Positions 1 to 13,610 of a stretch of 64,000 nt of DNA are shown here, in pieces. The position numbers were made by a program, and so were the translations under genes. Numbering within the stretch: the first letter of the stretch is position 1; every line of letters starts with the position of its first letter. Under the pieces are notes generated by a model that was not told the origin of the DNA, ran no database searches, and saw only the letters and a list, made by a program, of their open reading frames with translations. This DNA is from Felis catus (lineage: Eukaryota): assembly GCF_018350175.1 (NCBI RefSeq), contig NC_058383.1, forward strand, positions 16,122,001-16,186,000, in the 5' to 3' direction.

Positions 1-1419
1 CTGAATTGGACACTTTAAATAAGTGAATTGCATGGCACGTGAATTATAGCTCAGTAAAGCTGTTGTTAAAAAGCAGAGCAAATTTTTATTGTTTGTGACC
101 CAGTTTTAAGAAGAGTAGAGAAAAACAAAAGAGCACTGAGATGTAATGCTGGGTGGCTAGTTAGCTAAGTCACTAGCTAAGTGGCTTCTGAAACTTCACT
201 AGTAAAATTACAACTCTGGAAGGCAGTCATTGCAGAGTCAAATTATGAATGCTAAATCCATTACAAATGCCGGTAGTCTACTTTCCTTCTGTGCCTTCTC
301 GTGAAAACAATTCAAAGCGCCTAAATAGCAAGTAGTGTGAAACAATAGCAGCTGTTTATTAAAGGCTATTTTTTAAATGACATCTTCTTCAATAATGATA
401 CCTAGAATGTTCCATGCTAAAGAAGCTGTAATTTCACATTTGCTCAAGACTTGATTTGATTTAGCCCGTATGACACAAATCTTGGATAAAGCATGCAAAC
501 AACTTAATTTCATTTCCTCATTAACCAGAACTGATGAGGGAAAAATTAATGAGAGAACCAATGAGATGTTATAAGCTGTTCAAAGAATCCCCCGTACCAC
601 ATATATATAAGATTATCAAGAATGATGAGATATAATTGGTTAAATCAACTACGTGGGAGTCTCCTAAGTCTTAGCCTCACAAATCCGACTGAGTGGCTGT
701 GGTGTTGCAAGGGCTGCTTAGCTGAAAAGGGACTGGTCTGACTTGAGATTTCTTTAATCTAGCTTCCTGTAGTTGGTAGGTTGGGAAAGACAGTATTATT
801 TTCAAAAATCATTTAAGAATTTCACAAGACTAAAACTCAACCTTGACCTCATCTTACTTCACACTCCACATCCAGTCTGTTAGGAAGGAAATCCTGTTGA
901 TCTTAAAAAATTATCCAGGATCTGACCACTTCTCTGACCTTGGTCAGAACCACTATCATGTCCCACCCAGATATTGCTATGGTCTCCCTGCTTCTACCCA
1001 AATCTTCCTGCAGTCTCTTTTCAACTTGGCAGTCAGAGGATCCTTTTAAATCAGGAGACAGATTGTGTCACTTCTCTGCTCAGAACCCTCTTGGGATTTC
1101 CATCTGAAAGTAAAAGCCAAAGTCCTGGCATTGACCTCCAAGGGCTCACATGATCTGCACTGATCCCTGCTCGTCAACCCTCTAGACTTCTTCCCTACTT
1201 CTCCCTCACTCTCTCTGCTCCGTTGGCCACCTTCCTGAGCCTCAGACACACCTGACAGCTCTTAGGGCCTTTACTTTGTTCCTTCTGCCTGAAATGTTCT
1301 TCCCTCAGTTAGTCTGCTGGCTGGCTCCTTCACCTCCTGCAAGCCATTGCTTCATGTTCACTTTATTAAGCTTAACCCATTCTATTTTCTATTACTTTCT
1401 GTGCTCATTCCCACTATTA

Positions 1420-1915
1420 ATTTCCAATTGCTGCTGTAACAAATTACCATTAAAAAGTTGCTTAAAAAAACACAAATTGATTATCTTACAGATCCGGGAG
1501 GTAAAAAATCCAAATTAAGTCTTATAGGACTAAAATCAAGGTGTCAGCAGGGCTTCATTCCTTCTGGAGTCTCCAAAGAGAATCTATTTCCTTGCTTTTC
1601 CCAGCTTCCCGAAGCCGCCTGCATTCCTGGACTCATGGCCTTTCCATCTTCAAAGTCAGCACCATGACATTTTCAAATCTCCCTCACCCCGCTTCCATTG
1701 CCACATCTCCTTCTCCAACTCTGGCTCTCCTACCCTCCCTCTTTCCCTTAAAAGGACCCTTGATTACATTGGGTTGACCCAGATAGTCCAGGATAAACTC
1801 CTCATATAAAATCCTTCATCATATCTACAAAGTGCCTTTTGCTATTTAAGGTAATATATACACAGGTCTCAGACATTAGGACATGGGCATCTTTGGGAAG
1901 CCATGACTTTGTCTA
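1420..1915. mobile_element. MaLR LTR (MLT1-like) inserted into an old L2-like element (~840-2150)
   Basis: MLT1-type blocks attgctgctgtaacaaattacc, aaggtgtcagcagggc, gcattcct..ctcatggcc, aaggtaatatatacacaggt, attaggacatgggcatctttggg. Flanks show L2-like text (aaagtaaaagccaaagtcct; cctggcatatagtagatgttcaatgaatatttgttgattgaa). Confidence 0.7.
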
Positions 1916-2289
1916 GCATTAATGATTCTCTTACCTTACCCTAGTTTTTCTTTTTTTCCAAAATACTTATCAACTTTAACATGCTTTACCTATCTACTAG
2001 ATTTATTGTTGGTCATCCCTCTACCATAATGTGAGCTCCATGAAGACATGAATCTTTGTGTCTTTTTTTTTTTTAACTGATATACCTCTAGCAACTAGAA
2101 TAGTCCCTGGCATATAGTAGATGTTCAATGAATATTTGTTGATTGAAAGAAAAGGAAGTACTCATCTAGATAAATCAAGAAGAGAAAATGTCTTTGTTTA
2201 TCTTTCCAAACATGTCAAACAGGAGAGGAAACAGAAGGAGCCTGTTCCACAGCAGCCAGCTTTCTGAACCGATTTGTAAACATGGAAAC

Positions 2290-2672
2290 CTAGCGGTTCT
2301 CCAACTTCTCTGTGTACAAACATAACCTGAGAGACTTATTTACAAATTCAGGTTCTCTAGCCCCATCCTTCCCAAGTCCAGATTTAGATTTGTTAAGTCT
2401 TGAGTGGGGCTCAAGCCAACCCCACCGGGCTGAGGGCTATAATCCATGTTGGGCAAACATTGCTGGTGCCTCCTTGATAAACCTTCCAAAGCAGAGGTTC
2501 TCAACCTTTGCCTGCACAATGGAACTTCCTAAGGAGATTCATAAACTATCAATGCCTATCCCCTATCCCCAGCAATTCTGTTACTTGGTCTGGGGCGCAG
2601 CACGGGCACTGGGATTTTTAAAGCTCCTGCTTATTTCTAATGTGCATCCGTGGTTGAGAACCACTGTTCTGT
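2290..2672. mobile_element. MER5-like hAT DNA transposon remnants
   Basis: gcggttctccaactt, cagaggttctcaacctt and tgtgcatccgtggttgagaaccactg match MER5-type termini. Confidence 0.55.
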
Positions 2673-2909
2673 AATAATCAGACTCACTCAGATTTTACAT
2701 GGCTTCCCATGATAAAGACTATATTTCCAAGTCTTTCTTGCAGTTAGATGAGGCCAAATGAGATTTGGACACACCAGGCAACCTTCCTCAAAAGATGGCA
2801 CATACCCCTCCCTCCTCCTTTTTCTTTTCCCTCCCTCCTGCTACTTAGGATGCAGATGCTGCCCTCTTGAACAAGACCACACGAGTGGAGCCACTGGATG
2901 GAAGGAGTT

Positions 2910-3643
2910 TAGGCAACAAAAGCAAAAACAAATGGGACTACGTCAAACTTAATAACTTCTGTGCACCAAAGGAAACAATGAACAGAGTGAAAAGGCAACC
3001 TACAGAATGGGAGAAAATATTTGCAAATCATGTATCTGGTAAAAGAATAATGTCCAGAATGTATAAGGACCTTCTAAAACTCAACAATAGAAACAAAATA
3101 ACCTGATTATTAAAAGGGCCAAAGGACTTGAATAGAATTTCTCTATTCTCCATTTCTCATTTGAAGAAATACAGATGGCCAACAAGCATATGAAAATTCA
3201 TCATAAAAGAATTGCAGATCAGAACTACCATGAGATATCACTTCACACACATTAGGATGAAAATAATAGAAAATGACAAGTATCGGCAAGAATACAGGGA
3301 AGTTGGAGCCCTTGTGCACTAGTGAGAAAATGATGCAGCCATCATGAAAAGCAGTATGGAGGTTCCTCCAAAAAATTTGAAAAAGAATAACTAGGGTCAC
3401 TTGGGTGACTCAGTTGGTTAAGCATCCAACTTTGGCTCAGGTCATGACCTTGTGGTCATGAGTTCAAGCCCCATGTCAGACTCTCTGCTGTCCGTACAGA
3501 GCCAGCTTTATATCCTCAGTCTCCTTCTCTCTCTGCCCCTCCCCCCTCAAAAATAAATAAATTAAAAAAAAATAACCATATGGCCTAGAAACCCCACTTC
3601 TGGGTATATATGCCCAATGTCCATCAACAGAAAAATGAGCAAA

Positions 3644-3674
<31 letters not shown>

Positions 3675-4020
3675 TACAATGGAAGATTATGCAGCTTAAA
3701 AAACAAGGGAATTCCCTTACATGCTACAACCTGGATGAACCCTGAGAGCAATATGCTAAGTGAAATAAGACAGTCACAAAAGCACAAATATTTTATGACT
3801 CCATTTATATAAAGTATCTAAAATAGTAAAAATCATAGAAACATTAAATACAAAGATAGCAGCCGGGGAAAGTGGGAGGAGGAATTCGTTTTTAATGGGT
3901 CTACAGTTTCAGCTTTGCAAGATGAAGTTTTAGATATCAGTATATATTTAACACTAATGAACTGTACACTTAAAAGTGGTTAAGATGGTAAATTTAATGT
4001 CATGTGTTTTTTTTACCACA
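2910..4020 (+). mobile_element. L1 3' fragment (ORF2 C-terminus + 3'UTR), interrupted by a CAN-SINE at ~3395-3570
   Basis: The 2867-3106 ORF reads NKWDYVKLNNFCAPKETMNRVKRQPTEWEKIFANHVSGK (L1 ORF2). Ends with the L1M-type tail gaactgtacacttaaaagtggttaagatggtaaattt. Confidence 0.85.
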
Positions 4021-6297
4021 TTTTTAGAAAGCTTTGAATCTGGTTTTCTGAATCATCCGTCACTACTGATGATTTCCTTTATTTTTGGCCTTATTCTCCT
4101 GGAATTCAATGTTTTTCTTCCATATGACACAATCTCTTTCATTAACCACCCCCCCCCCCCCCCGCCCCAGTGACACACATAGCAGTTCATAGGCAAGCCT
4201 AGTCAGCTCACTCTAGACCATCTCAGACTCCCTGGACCCCTGGTTCCTGCATGCTGGGTGAGAGGATGGGTACTGTCTGCAGCCCCCTCGTTTTCCCATG
4301 TCCAGCATCTCCTTCAGTGCCCACTTGTGAAAGTGATAGCTTCCTGGATTCCATTCTCCCTATTTTGCTCTACTATTCCCTGACAAAGCTTCAACTGCTT
4401 GCTCCCTATCTGCTTCCAAATCCATCTCTGTAGCACCTCACTCATTTCCAGATGCCTTCTAGTCTTATCCAGATAGATGCCCTGCACCTGCAAGATAACA
4501 GCCCACCAGACAGACTCATTGCATGCACCCCAAAACAGATTTATTTTTTCTCATCAAGACTTCTTACTCTTTCCCCATCCATATCAAATCAGTCATCACA
4601 AACCTCATTGATTGTACCTTTCAAGGCTCTGTGGGTGCCCTCTTTTCAATTCCACTGTTATCATCTGGGCTCTTGCAACTGAAATTGCTGAATCCAGTGT
4701 GCGGCAATTATTAAAATCTTAGTAACTAGTACCTAGCTATTTTTTTCCTTCCTCTTTCTCTCCCTCTCTTCTTCCTTCATTTTTCTCTTCCCATCCAATC
4801 CATTGTCATACTGCCACCAAAGTTATCTTTCTAAAAACCAGATTTGGTTGTTACTCCAAAATCTTTAGTGGATCCCTGTGGTCTCTGAGAAAAAGTCCAA
4901 TCGTAACATTGTATACAAGTGCTGCCTCCACCTGGCCTGTCTACCTTCTTCGCTGATAAAAGAGGCAGTGCCTGTGCTAATGAACACAGCAGGCTCTAAA
5001 GTTGGACCAGACCCCAAATTTGACTCAGTTTTAATATCTATATGAACTTGGGCAAATCACTCATTACCCCTAAGTCTTAATCACCTCATCTGTAAAATGA
5101 GGATAACTATGACACCTACCTATGGTTTTGTGAGGATGAATGAAATATTGTGCTTAATGTTTTTGTGATTATTATCATTATTCTCTTTCCAAAACGTTCC
5201 AGCTGCACTTAACTCATACCCTGAACAAAATGTCTTTCCAGGGCTGTTTTTCCTTCCTGATTGGCTCCTTCCAACTCCATTCAATTTCCTCTCTGCCTCC
5301 ATACCTCTTTCAGACCTTTCAAAATCCACCTTGTCTGTGGAGCTTTTTCTCACTTCCCCATAACTTGATTCTCTCCATCAAGTTTCCCATAGCACTTGAT
5401 ACATGCACTATTATTTGATCAGTTCTGAGTCACTGCCCATCAATGACATCTTGTCTCACTGTGAAGCATAAGACAGAGCTGGCTGAAAATAATAAAAGAC
5501 ATCCTGAGAAAAAAGAGGGAGTAAACAGACAAATATTAGCACTTAATAGTTTTAAATTGTATGCAAAAAGTTACCAAAATCCAAAGGCTGATGGAAAAAA
5601 CTTGGGGAGGAAAATGTTACCAGGAAATATAATACAAGTTTACTTTTTAATTATGTAAAGAGCTCCCAGCAAATTTGAGGAGCTTAAATGCCGACAGGGT
5701 TTGGTTCGTAAATGGTGATACATCTGTAAATAAAACATTATGTGACCATGAAAAAGACTAAGGTGAATCAGTAGGTGTCAGCATAGATGTCCATGCCATA
5801 TTAAAGTGTGAAAATATGAAGTGAGATCTACTTTATGTGTCTGTATCTGGAAGAATATGCCCCAAATTGTTAACAGTTATTCTGTAAATAAGAATATGGA
5901 CCTAAGGAGTGAAGGAAAACTTTCACATCTTCTTTCAAAAGTAACCACTTACTATTTTTATAATTTTAAAAAATTAAGTAAATAAATAGACCATCAGGGG
6001 CCCCTGGGTGGGTCAGTTGGTTAAGCATCCAGCTCCTGATTTCGGATCAGGTCATGAGCTCACAGTCATGAGATTGAACCCTGTGTCGGGCTCCACCCTG
6101 GGCCTGGTGGATTTTCTTTTAAGAAAATAAGAAATCTTTTAAGATTTTCTCCCTCTCCCTCTGCCCTCCCCTGTTTGTGCTCTCTTGCATGCTCGTTCTC
6201 TCTAAAAAATAAGTGAATAAACCATCAATCTGGCAAAAGATACATCAACTATAAATAAATGGGGGGATATGGACAGATGATTTAGAAAAGAAATAGA

Positions 6298-6530
6298 GGG
6301 GCGCCTGGGTGGCGCAGTCGGTTAAGCGTCCGACTTCGGCCAGGTCACGATCTCGCGGTCCGTGAGTTCGAGCCCCGCGTCGGGCTCTGGGCTGATGGCT
6401 CAGAGCCTGGAACCTGTTTCCGATTCTGTGTCTCCCTCTCTCTCTGCCCCTCCCCCGTTCATGCTCTGTCTCTCTCTGTCCCAAAAATAAATTTTAAAAA
6501 ATGTTGAAAAAAAAATTAAAAAAAAAAAAA
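6298..6530 (+). mobile_element. Young CAN-SINE (SINEC_Fc type)
   Basis: tRNA-derived head ggggcgcctgggtggcgcagtcggttaagcgtccgact, CT-rich body, A tail, TSD aagaaataga; CpGs intact. Confidence 0.93.
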
Positions 6531-6966
6531 AGAAATAGAGATGATGAATGAATGCAAGGAAAAATATTGAATTTTGGCAAGTAAAAATAAAGTAGTGATG
6601 AAGTGTTTATTAAAAATAGTCAAACAAAGAATAACCTACTAAATTATACTTCATGCTGGCGAAGATGCATTGAAATGGACACTTTCTTGTGTTTTTTGTG
6701 ACATTTAAATTTTATGTAAGTCCTTAGGGGTAAATATTGGCAATTTGTATCAAGGGCAACAAGAATGTTCATGTTTTATGGTTCACTCACTTCTGGATGT
6801 ATCTCACTTCAGAGATAATTCAACCTAACGAAACAAAGACAGTGATAATTTGGAAGCAATTTGAGATAGAGTGGTTAAATAAAATAAAGGACAGTTGTTG
6901 TGGGGAATTAAACAATCTATGCTATTTACAGGGATCTAGTAAGAGCTCAGTACCTGTTAGCTGCAG

Positions 6967-7005
6967 CTATTATTATTATTATTACTATTACTATTACTAT
7001 TATTA
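6967..7005 (+). repeat. (TAT/TAC)n trinucleotide microsatellite
   Basis: tattattattattattactattactattactattattat; explains the poly-Tyr in the spurious ORF 6737-7183. Confidence 0.85.
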
Positions 7006-7054
7006 TGACAATGGTACTCACTATACAAATTGTGTCATTAAAAATTATCATTGC

Positions 7055-7648
7055 AAAACTAAAAGGCAACTGATGGAATGGGAGAAGCTGTTTGCAAACA
7101 ACATATTAGATAAAGGGTTACTGTCCAAAATCCACAAAGAAATTATCAAACTCAACACCCAAAACACAAATAATCCAGTGTAGAAATGGGCAAAAGACAT
7201 GAATAGACACTTCTCCAAAGAAGACATCTAGATGGCCAACCAACACATGAAAAAAATGCTCCACATCACTCATCATCAGGGAAATATAAATCAAAACCAC
7301 AATGAGATACCACCTCACACCTGTCAGAATAGCTAAAATTAACAACTCAGGCAACAACAGATGTTGGTGAGGATGTGGAGAAAGAGGATCTCTTTTGCAC
7401 TGTTGTTGGGAATGCAGACTGGTGCAGCCATTCTGAAAAGCAGTATGGAGGTTCCTCAAAAAATTAAAAATACAACTACCCTACGACCCAGCAATGGCAC
7501 TAGTAGATATTTATCTAAGGGATACAGGTATGCTGTTTCGAAGGGGCACATGCACCCCAATGTTTATAGCAGTGCTATTGACAATAGCCAAAGTATGGAA
7601 AGAGCCCAAATGTCCATTGATGGATATATATATATCTCACATCTTCTT

Positions 7649-7691
<43 letters not shown>

Positions 7692-8070
7692 ACACACAGT
7701 GGAGTATTACTCGGCAATCAAAAAGAATGAAATCTTGCCACTTGCAACTACGTGGATGGAACTAGAGAGTATTATGCTAAGCGAAAATTAGTCAATCAGA
7801 GAAAGACAAATATCATATGACTTCACTCATATGAGGACTTTAAGATACAAAACAGATGAACATAAGGGAAGGGAAACAAAAATAATATAAAAACAGGGAG
7901 GGGGACAAAACAGAAGAGACTCATAAATATGGAGAACAAACTGAGGATTACTGGAGGGGTTGGGGGGGGGATGGGCTAAATGGGTAAGGGGCATTAGGGA
8001 ATCTACTCCTGAAATCATTGTTGCACTATATGCTAACTAACTTGGATGTAAATTAAAAAAATAAATTATT
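7055..8070 (+). mobile_element. 5'-truncated carnivore/felid L1 3' end with TSD
   Basis: ORF2 C-terminal peptides [29 protein letters not shown] and CTPMFIAVLLTIAKVWKEPKCP, an internal (CA)n and an A-rich tail. Flanking direct repeat aaaaattatca(t/c)tg at ~7030 and ~8074. Confidence 0.88.
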
Positions 8071-8981
8071 TTAAAAAATTATCACTGTCGGGGCACCCAG
8101 ACTCTTGATTTCAGTTCAGGTCATGATCAAGCCCCACCTTGGGCTCTGTGCTGAGCATGGAGCCTGCTTGAGATTTTCTCTCTCCCTCTCTCTCTCAGCC
8201 CCTTTCCCCCTCAAAATAAAATAAAATAAACATTTAAAACAAATCATCATTGTCAAGCCTATGGAGCAACAAGTGTCCTACAGTATAACTATGTAAAAAC
8301 ATATAATATTAAAAAACTGAAAATAAATATACAAAATGGTTATGGATGTGTTAGAATACCAGAGTAAGGGTGATTCTTTATATTTTTCTCATGTGTTCCA
8401 AACTCTTGGTAATATTATTATATATAAACTATAATTTAAAAACAAATTTTAAAAATTTCAGCCTATTATTCATCAAGCCTCGGGTCCATATTTTAAAAAC
8501 CATATATATCTCCCAAAATTAATACTATCAAAATGTTCAGGAGCTAGTAAAGAAACGTTTAGAGCTATATTGAGTTTGTCACACATTCAAATGTGACACT
8601 CATAATATGAAGGATAAAGTTACTTTCTAAGAATTACACCAGTAAACATTAACACAATGAAAGGTATCTATGAAAAAAAGCCTAGTACACTTTTCAAAAT
8701 CTTAATTGAGGCTTAGGAAACACCTGAATCCAAATAAGGTTACTAAAAACAAGTTGTAATGTAGGTAAAAAAAAAAGCTATAGCTGAATTAACTTACTGA
8801 AAATTGAACAGAGACTAGAATAGCAGAGATGTGTGGGCTACGTTAGTGGTTCAAACTTGAGAAATGCACTGACATCTTGTGAAGGAAAAATTATGACCCT
8901 CAACTGTTGACCTATTTTATTTTTAATATGATGTTACTTAAATATATACAAATAGAAAACTAGGTATAAAATGCCTTATTC

Positions 8982-9365
8982 TTTTTTTGTACCAATATTT
9001 ATGTATTTATTCACACATTTGATAAAAATGTCACAGGTAGAAGTGAAGTCATCACAATGACATAAGTAACTGTATAGACTGACCCAAAGTACGGAGTCAA
9101 GTTGCCAAAAATCATAACATGAGCAGCACACAATTCCTTAACACCTGTGCACTCACACACTCTTGTCCACATCCATCCATGCCACAACAGTCACAGGCAC
9201 TAAGTTCAGATAAAACCCAGAGAACTTCTCCCTGGCTTCAAGTCCTGGGGATGAGAAGAGAGAAATGATCAATGAAAAGATGCTAGAACTGCTCAACACA
9301 TCGCTCTGTTCTGCCAACGACTCAGAGAAGACAAGACATGAAACTCTGGAGAAGTTATTTCCTTA
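8982..9365 (-). pseudogene. 5'-truncated retrocopy of an mRNA 3' UTR (parent gene not confirmed)
   Basis: On the minus strand, AATAAA (plus tttatt 9006-9011) lies 17 nt before an A7 tail (8982-8988). Flanked by an imperfect direct repeat, aatgccttattctt (8970-8983) and aatgccatattctt (9368-9381), consistent with a TSD. Confidence 0.6.
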
Positions 9366-10514
9366 TAAATGCCATATTCTTAGGGCGCCTGGGGGGGCTC
9401 AGTTGGTTAAGCGTTGAACTCTTTGATTTTGGCTCAAGTCATGATCTCATGGTTCGTGGGTTGAAGGCTGGCGTTGGGCTGTGTGCATACACCATGGAGC
9501 CTGCTTAGGATTCTCTCTCTCTGTCTCTCTCTCTGCGACTCCCTCTCTCTCAAAATAATAATTAAAAATTTTAAAAAGTTAATGACTTATTCTTATAGCT
9601 GCTTATACAGGTGTAAAACCAAAGGAGATTTTTAAATTAAATATAATTATATGGGGCACCTGGGTGGCTCAGTCGGTTAAGCTCAGTTTGTGAGATTGGG
9701 CCCTATGTCAAGTTCTGTGATGACAGCAGGGAGCCTGCTTGGGATTCTCTCTCCCTCTCTCTCTGCCCCTCCCCACTCACGTGCTCTCTCTCAAAATAAA
9801 TAAATACATTAAATAATAATAATAATAAAATTAAATATAGCTATACCAGATAAGTAAGATTCAAATGCATAGCATTAATTTAATATGATGGGTAATGTTT
9901 TCTAAAAAGGAAATTCAAATTAAACCCACGAGATACCATTTCCTACCCACCAGAATGGCTAACATGAAAAACAATGACAAGGAAGTCTAGCAATTGAAAC
10001 AATTGTTGGCAAGGAAGTGGAGAAACTGAAACAATCATACATTGATGGAAAATGTAAAATTGTGAAACACTTCGGAAAATGTGGCAGTTTCTCATAAAGT
10101 TAAATATCATCTACCATATGACCCAACAATTTCACTCCTAGGTACTTTCCAGAAGAGAAATGAAAATATATGTCCACAAAAAGACTTATACAAGTCTTTT
10201 TATTCATACCATCTTTATTCTTAATAGCCAAAGATCAGAAACAACCTTTAACAGGTGAATGGATGAACCAAGTATAGTATATTTTCATACAGCAGACTCA
10301 GCAATAGAAAGCCAAAGAATACCAAAGCCTAATAGTGCAAAGTTAGCTCCTGACTGTCAGAAATGACTTTTTCTTTTTCATTGGTGTGCAATCAAATACA
10401 CCACAGTAGCTATCAAAACCCAATGAGTGCACACAAAAGCTTTTTTGCATGTTATTGTACATCAATTTTACCTTAAAAATATATAAATATAAATATTAAG
10501 AAGGAGTATTACGG

Positions 10515-11190
10515 ACAGTGAGAGGAGCTAATAAGCTGAACGTTTGTGTGATTGTCGCTTGAGGACAAGTAATGCTGGCAACTGAAGGGAAAACAGATTG
10601 CAGAATTCAAATGCAGAATTCAAAGCAGCTTTCCACCATTTGACAAGGACAGTGGTGGACATTAAAAGTTTGGAAACTGTAATGAGGACTCTTGGGCAAA
10701 ACTCCATAGCAAAGTTTCAGGATAAATGAATGAAGCAGATGATAATGAAAATAGTACAACTGAGTTCCTGGACTTTCTGACAATGATGGCAAGAAAAATG
10801 AAAGACAGGGACAGAGAGTAAAGAAGTTAGAGAAGCATTCTGGTGTTTAACAGGAATGACAATGGCTATGTTAGTGTGATAGAATTATGTCACATGATAA
10901 AACACCTTGGAGAAAAGTTAACAGATGAGGAGGTTGATGAAATGATCAGGGAAGCAGATATTAATATTGATAGTCAAGTAAACTATGAAGAATTTGCATA
11001 AATGATGTCAGCAAGGTGAGAATATTGTACAAAATGTATTGAAGTTTCTGTACAAAATTGTTTGCTTTTTTCTTTGTAAAAGCTTCTTCATACTATCAAA
11101 AGAATATAAATCCGTAGTCATTAGATTTAGTCCTCTGTGTTTTTCTTCCTTATTTTACTATCATTGTCCTATACCTTATTTTAGAAAGTG
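10515..11190 (+). pseudogene. Processed calmodulin pseudogene (CALM2-like), heavily decayed
   Basis: Intronless stretch with calmodulin remnants (cagattgcagaattcaaa = [43 protein letters not shown]), frameshifts and stops. The terminal TGA at ~11017-11019 is followed by 3'UTR-like sequence (ttgtacaaaatg...tgtacaaaattg) resembling CALM2. Interrupted at ~11196 by a CAN-SINE (TSD aaagtgcatca). Confidence 0.9.
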
Positions 11191-11459
11191 CATCAGGGGC
11201 ACCTGGGTGGCTCAGTCGGTTAAGCAGCCGACTCTTGGTTTTGGCTTAGGTCATGATCTCACAGTTCAAGAGTTACAGCCCCACATTGATGTCAACTCAG
11301 AGCCTGCTTGGGATTCTCTCTCTGTCTCTCTCTCTCCCCCTCCCTCTCTCTCTGCCCCACTCCCAGGCTCACTCACACTCTTTCTCTCCCTCTCAAACTA
11401 AATAAACAAACTTAAAAAAAAAATAAAAGTGCATCAAGTAGCATGTGGCTTACTAAATT

Positions 11460-11750
11460 AATGGTTGTCAAACTTTTTGGGTTCAGCATCCCTTTATGTT
11501 TTAAAATTTTATTGAAGATTTTTAAGGCTTTCTATTTATATTAATTATATCTATTAAAATTTGCCATATTAGAACTTAACACAGAATTTTAAAACATGTA
11601 TTTGTTTATTACAAAATAATAAACTCTTAAATGTTGACATAAATATTTTTAAAATACTTCCTCTTCTAAAACCAAAAAAATAGTGAGAAAAGTCTCATTT
11701 TACATTTTTGCATATCTCTTTAACGTCTGGCTTGGTAAAAGACAGCTGGA
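11460..11750. mobile_element. hAT-Charlie-like DNA transposon fragment
   Basis: aaactttttgggttcagcatccctttat...gtgagaaaagtctcattttacatttttgcatatctctttaacgtctggctt resembles Charlie-family sequence as recalled. Confidence 0.5.
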
Positions 11751-12069
11751 TTTTCTTAAAAAAAATTTTTTTAATGTTTATTTATTGTTGAGAGAAAGAC
11801 ATGGAATGTGAGTGGGGGAGGGGCAGAGAGGGAGACACAGAATTCCAAGCAGCCTCCAGGCTTTGAGCTGTCAACACAGCTCCATGTGGGGCTGGAATTC
11901 ACAAACCCGGAGATCGTGACCTGAGCCGAAGTCAGACATTCAACGATTAAGCCACCCACGCGCACCATCGTTACTTGCTTTTTAAGCTTTCTTTAATTCT
12001 TAAAGAAAATCTAGTTATGGCACTATTGACAAACAAGTTATATATTTGATTTCCAACCTAAAAAAAAAA

Positions 12070-12870
12070 ATCACAATTAGTTTTGTAAGAAACTGCCATA
12101 CTGTCTTCCAAAATGTACCATTTTGTATTCTCACCAGCAATGACTGAGAGTTCCTGTTACTCCACATCCTCACCAATGCTTGGTATTGTCAGTGTTTTGG
12201 AAATTTAGCTGTTCTAATAGGTGTGCAGTCGTGTGTCATTGTTTTCACTTGCAATTCTCTAATAATATATGATGTTGAGCATATTTTCACATGCATATTT
12301 GCCATCTGTGTAGCTTCTTTGGTGAGGTGTCTGTTCAGATCTTTTGCCATTTTTAAGCAGACTGTTAGTTTTCTTACTGCTGAATTTAAAAGGTTCTTTT
12401 AACTGAGGAGGCTCAGTCAGTTGAGCATCCAACTTTGGCTCAGGTCCTGATCTCACAGTTCATGGGTTCAAGCCCAGCGTCGGGCTCTGTGCTGACAGCT
12501 CCAAGCCTGGAGTCTGCTTCTGATTCTGTGTCTCCCTCTCTTTCTGTCCCTCCCCCGCTCATGCTCTATCTCACTCTCAAAAATAAATAAACATTAAATT
12601 TTTTTTAATAAATAAAATTTCTTTATATATTTTGGACACCTGTCCTTTAGCAAATATCAAGTTTTGCAAAGATTTTCTCCCAGTCTGTGACATATTTTTT
12701 CATTTTCTCCACAGTGTCTTTCACAGAGCAGGAGCTTTTAATTTTAATGAAGTCCAACATCAATTCTTTCTTTCATGGATCATGCTTTTGGTGTTGTATC
12801 TAAAAAGTCAATGCCAAGCCCAAGGTTACCTAGATTTTTCATCTATATTATCTTCTAACAGTTTTGTAGT
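12070..12870 (-). mobile_element. Antisense L1 ORF2 3' fragment, interrupted by a SINE at ~12405-12600
   Basis: gaaactgccatactgtcttcca...caccagcaatga..gagagttcctgttactccacatcctcacca and gatgttgagcatattttcacatg are typical L1 reverse-strand blocks. Confidence 0.8.
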
Positions 12871-13384
12871 TTTGCCAGAGGTTAGGGGAAGAGAAGGACA
12901 AATCGTGGAATAGGGGGGACTTTTAGGGCAATGAAACTGCTCTATGATACAGTAATGATGGGCACATGTCATTATACATTTGTGAAAATGCATAGACTGT
13001 ACTTACACAAAGAGTGACCCCTAATGTGAACTACTGGACTTTAATTAATAAAAATGTATCAATATTGGTTCATCAGTTGAAACAAATGTGTGACACTAAT
13101 ACAAGGCGCAAATGTAGGGGAAACAGTGGGAGAAGTGGTATATAGAAACTTTTTGTACTTTTGCATCAATTTTCCATAAACCTAAAACACTTCTAAAACT
13201 AAAGTCTACTAATTGTTTAAATTATAACTAGCCCCCAAAGTACCAAAAAACAGGCAAGTATTACAAAATGAAATTATTAAGGATGCCTGGCTGGTTCAGT
13301 CAGTGGAGCATGTGGCTTTTGATCTTGGGATTGTGGGTTCAAGCCTCACGTTGGGTGTAGGGTTACTTAAAAATAAAAAATCTT

Positions 13385-13610
13385 GGGGCGCCTGGGTGGC
13401 GCAGTCAGTTAAGCGTCCGACTTCAGCCAGGTCACGATCTCACGGTCCGTGAGTTCGAGCCCCGCGTCGGGCTCTGGGCTGATGGCTCAGAGCCTGGAGC
13501 CTGTTTCCGATTCTGTGTCTCCCTCTCTCTCTGCCCCTCCCCCGTTCATGCTCTGTCTCTCTCTGTCCCAAAAATAAACATTGAAAAAAAAATTTTTTTT
13601 TAAATAAAAA
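13385..13610 (+). mobile_element. Young CAN-SINE (SINEC_Fc type) nested in the tail of a short older SINE (~13280-13384)
   Basis: Near-identical to the 6298 copy; TSD aaaataaaaaatctt at 13370-13384 and 13610-13624. Confidence 0.93.

Noticed and set aside
6298..6380. tRNA-like A/B-box sequences (tggcgcagtcgg...gagttcgagccc)
   Set aside because: These are heads of tRNA-derived SINEs followed by a CT-rich body and A tail, not tRNA genes.
6245..6484. Recurrent ORFs such as [24 protein letters not shown]... and MAQSVKHPTSAQVMIS... (also 14306, 21110, 22883, 36713, 62118)
   Set aside because: These are translations of CAN-SINE sequence, not a repeated protein family.
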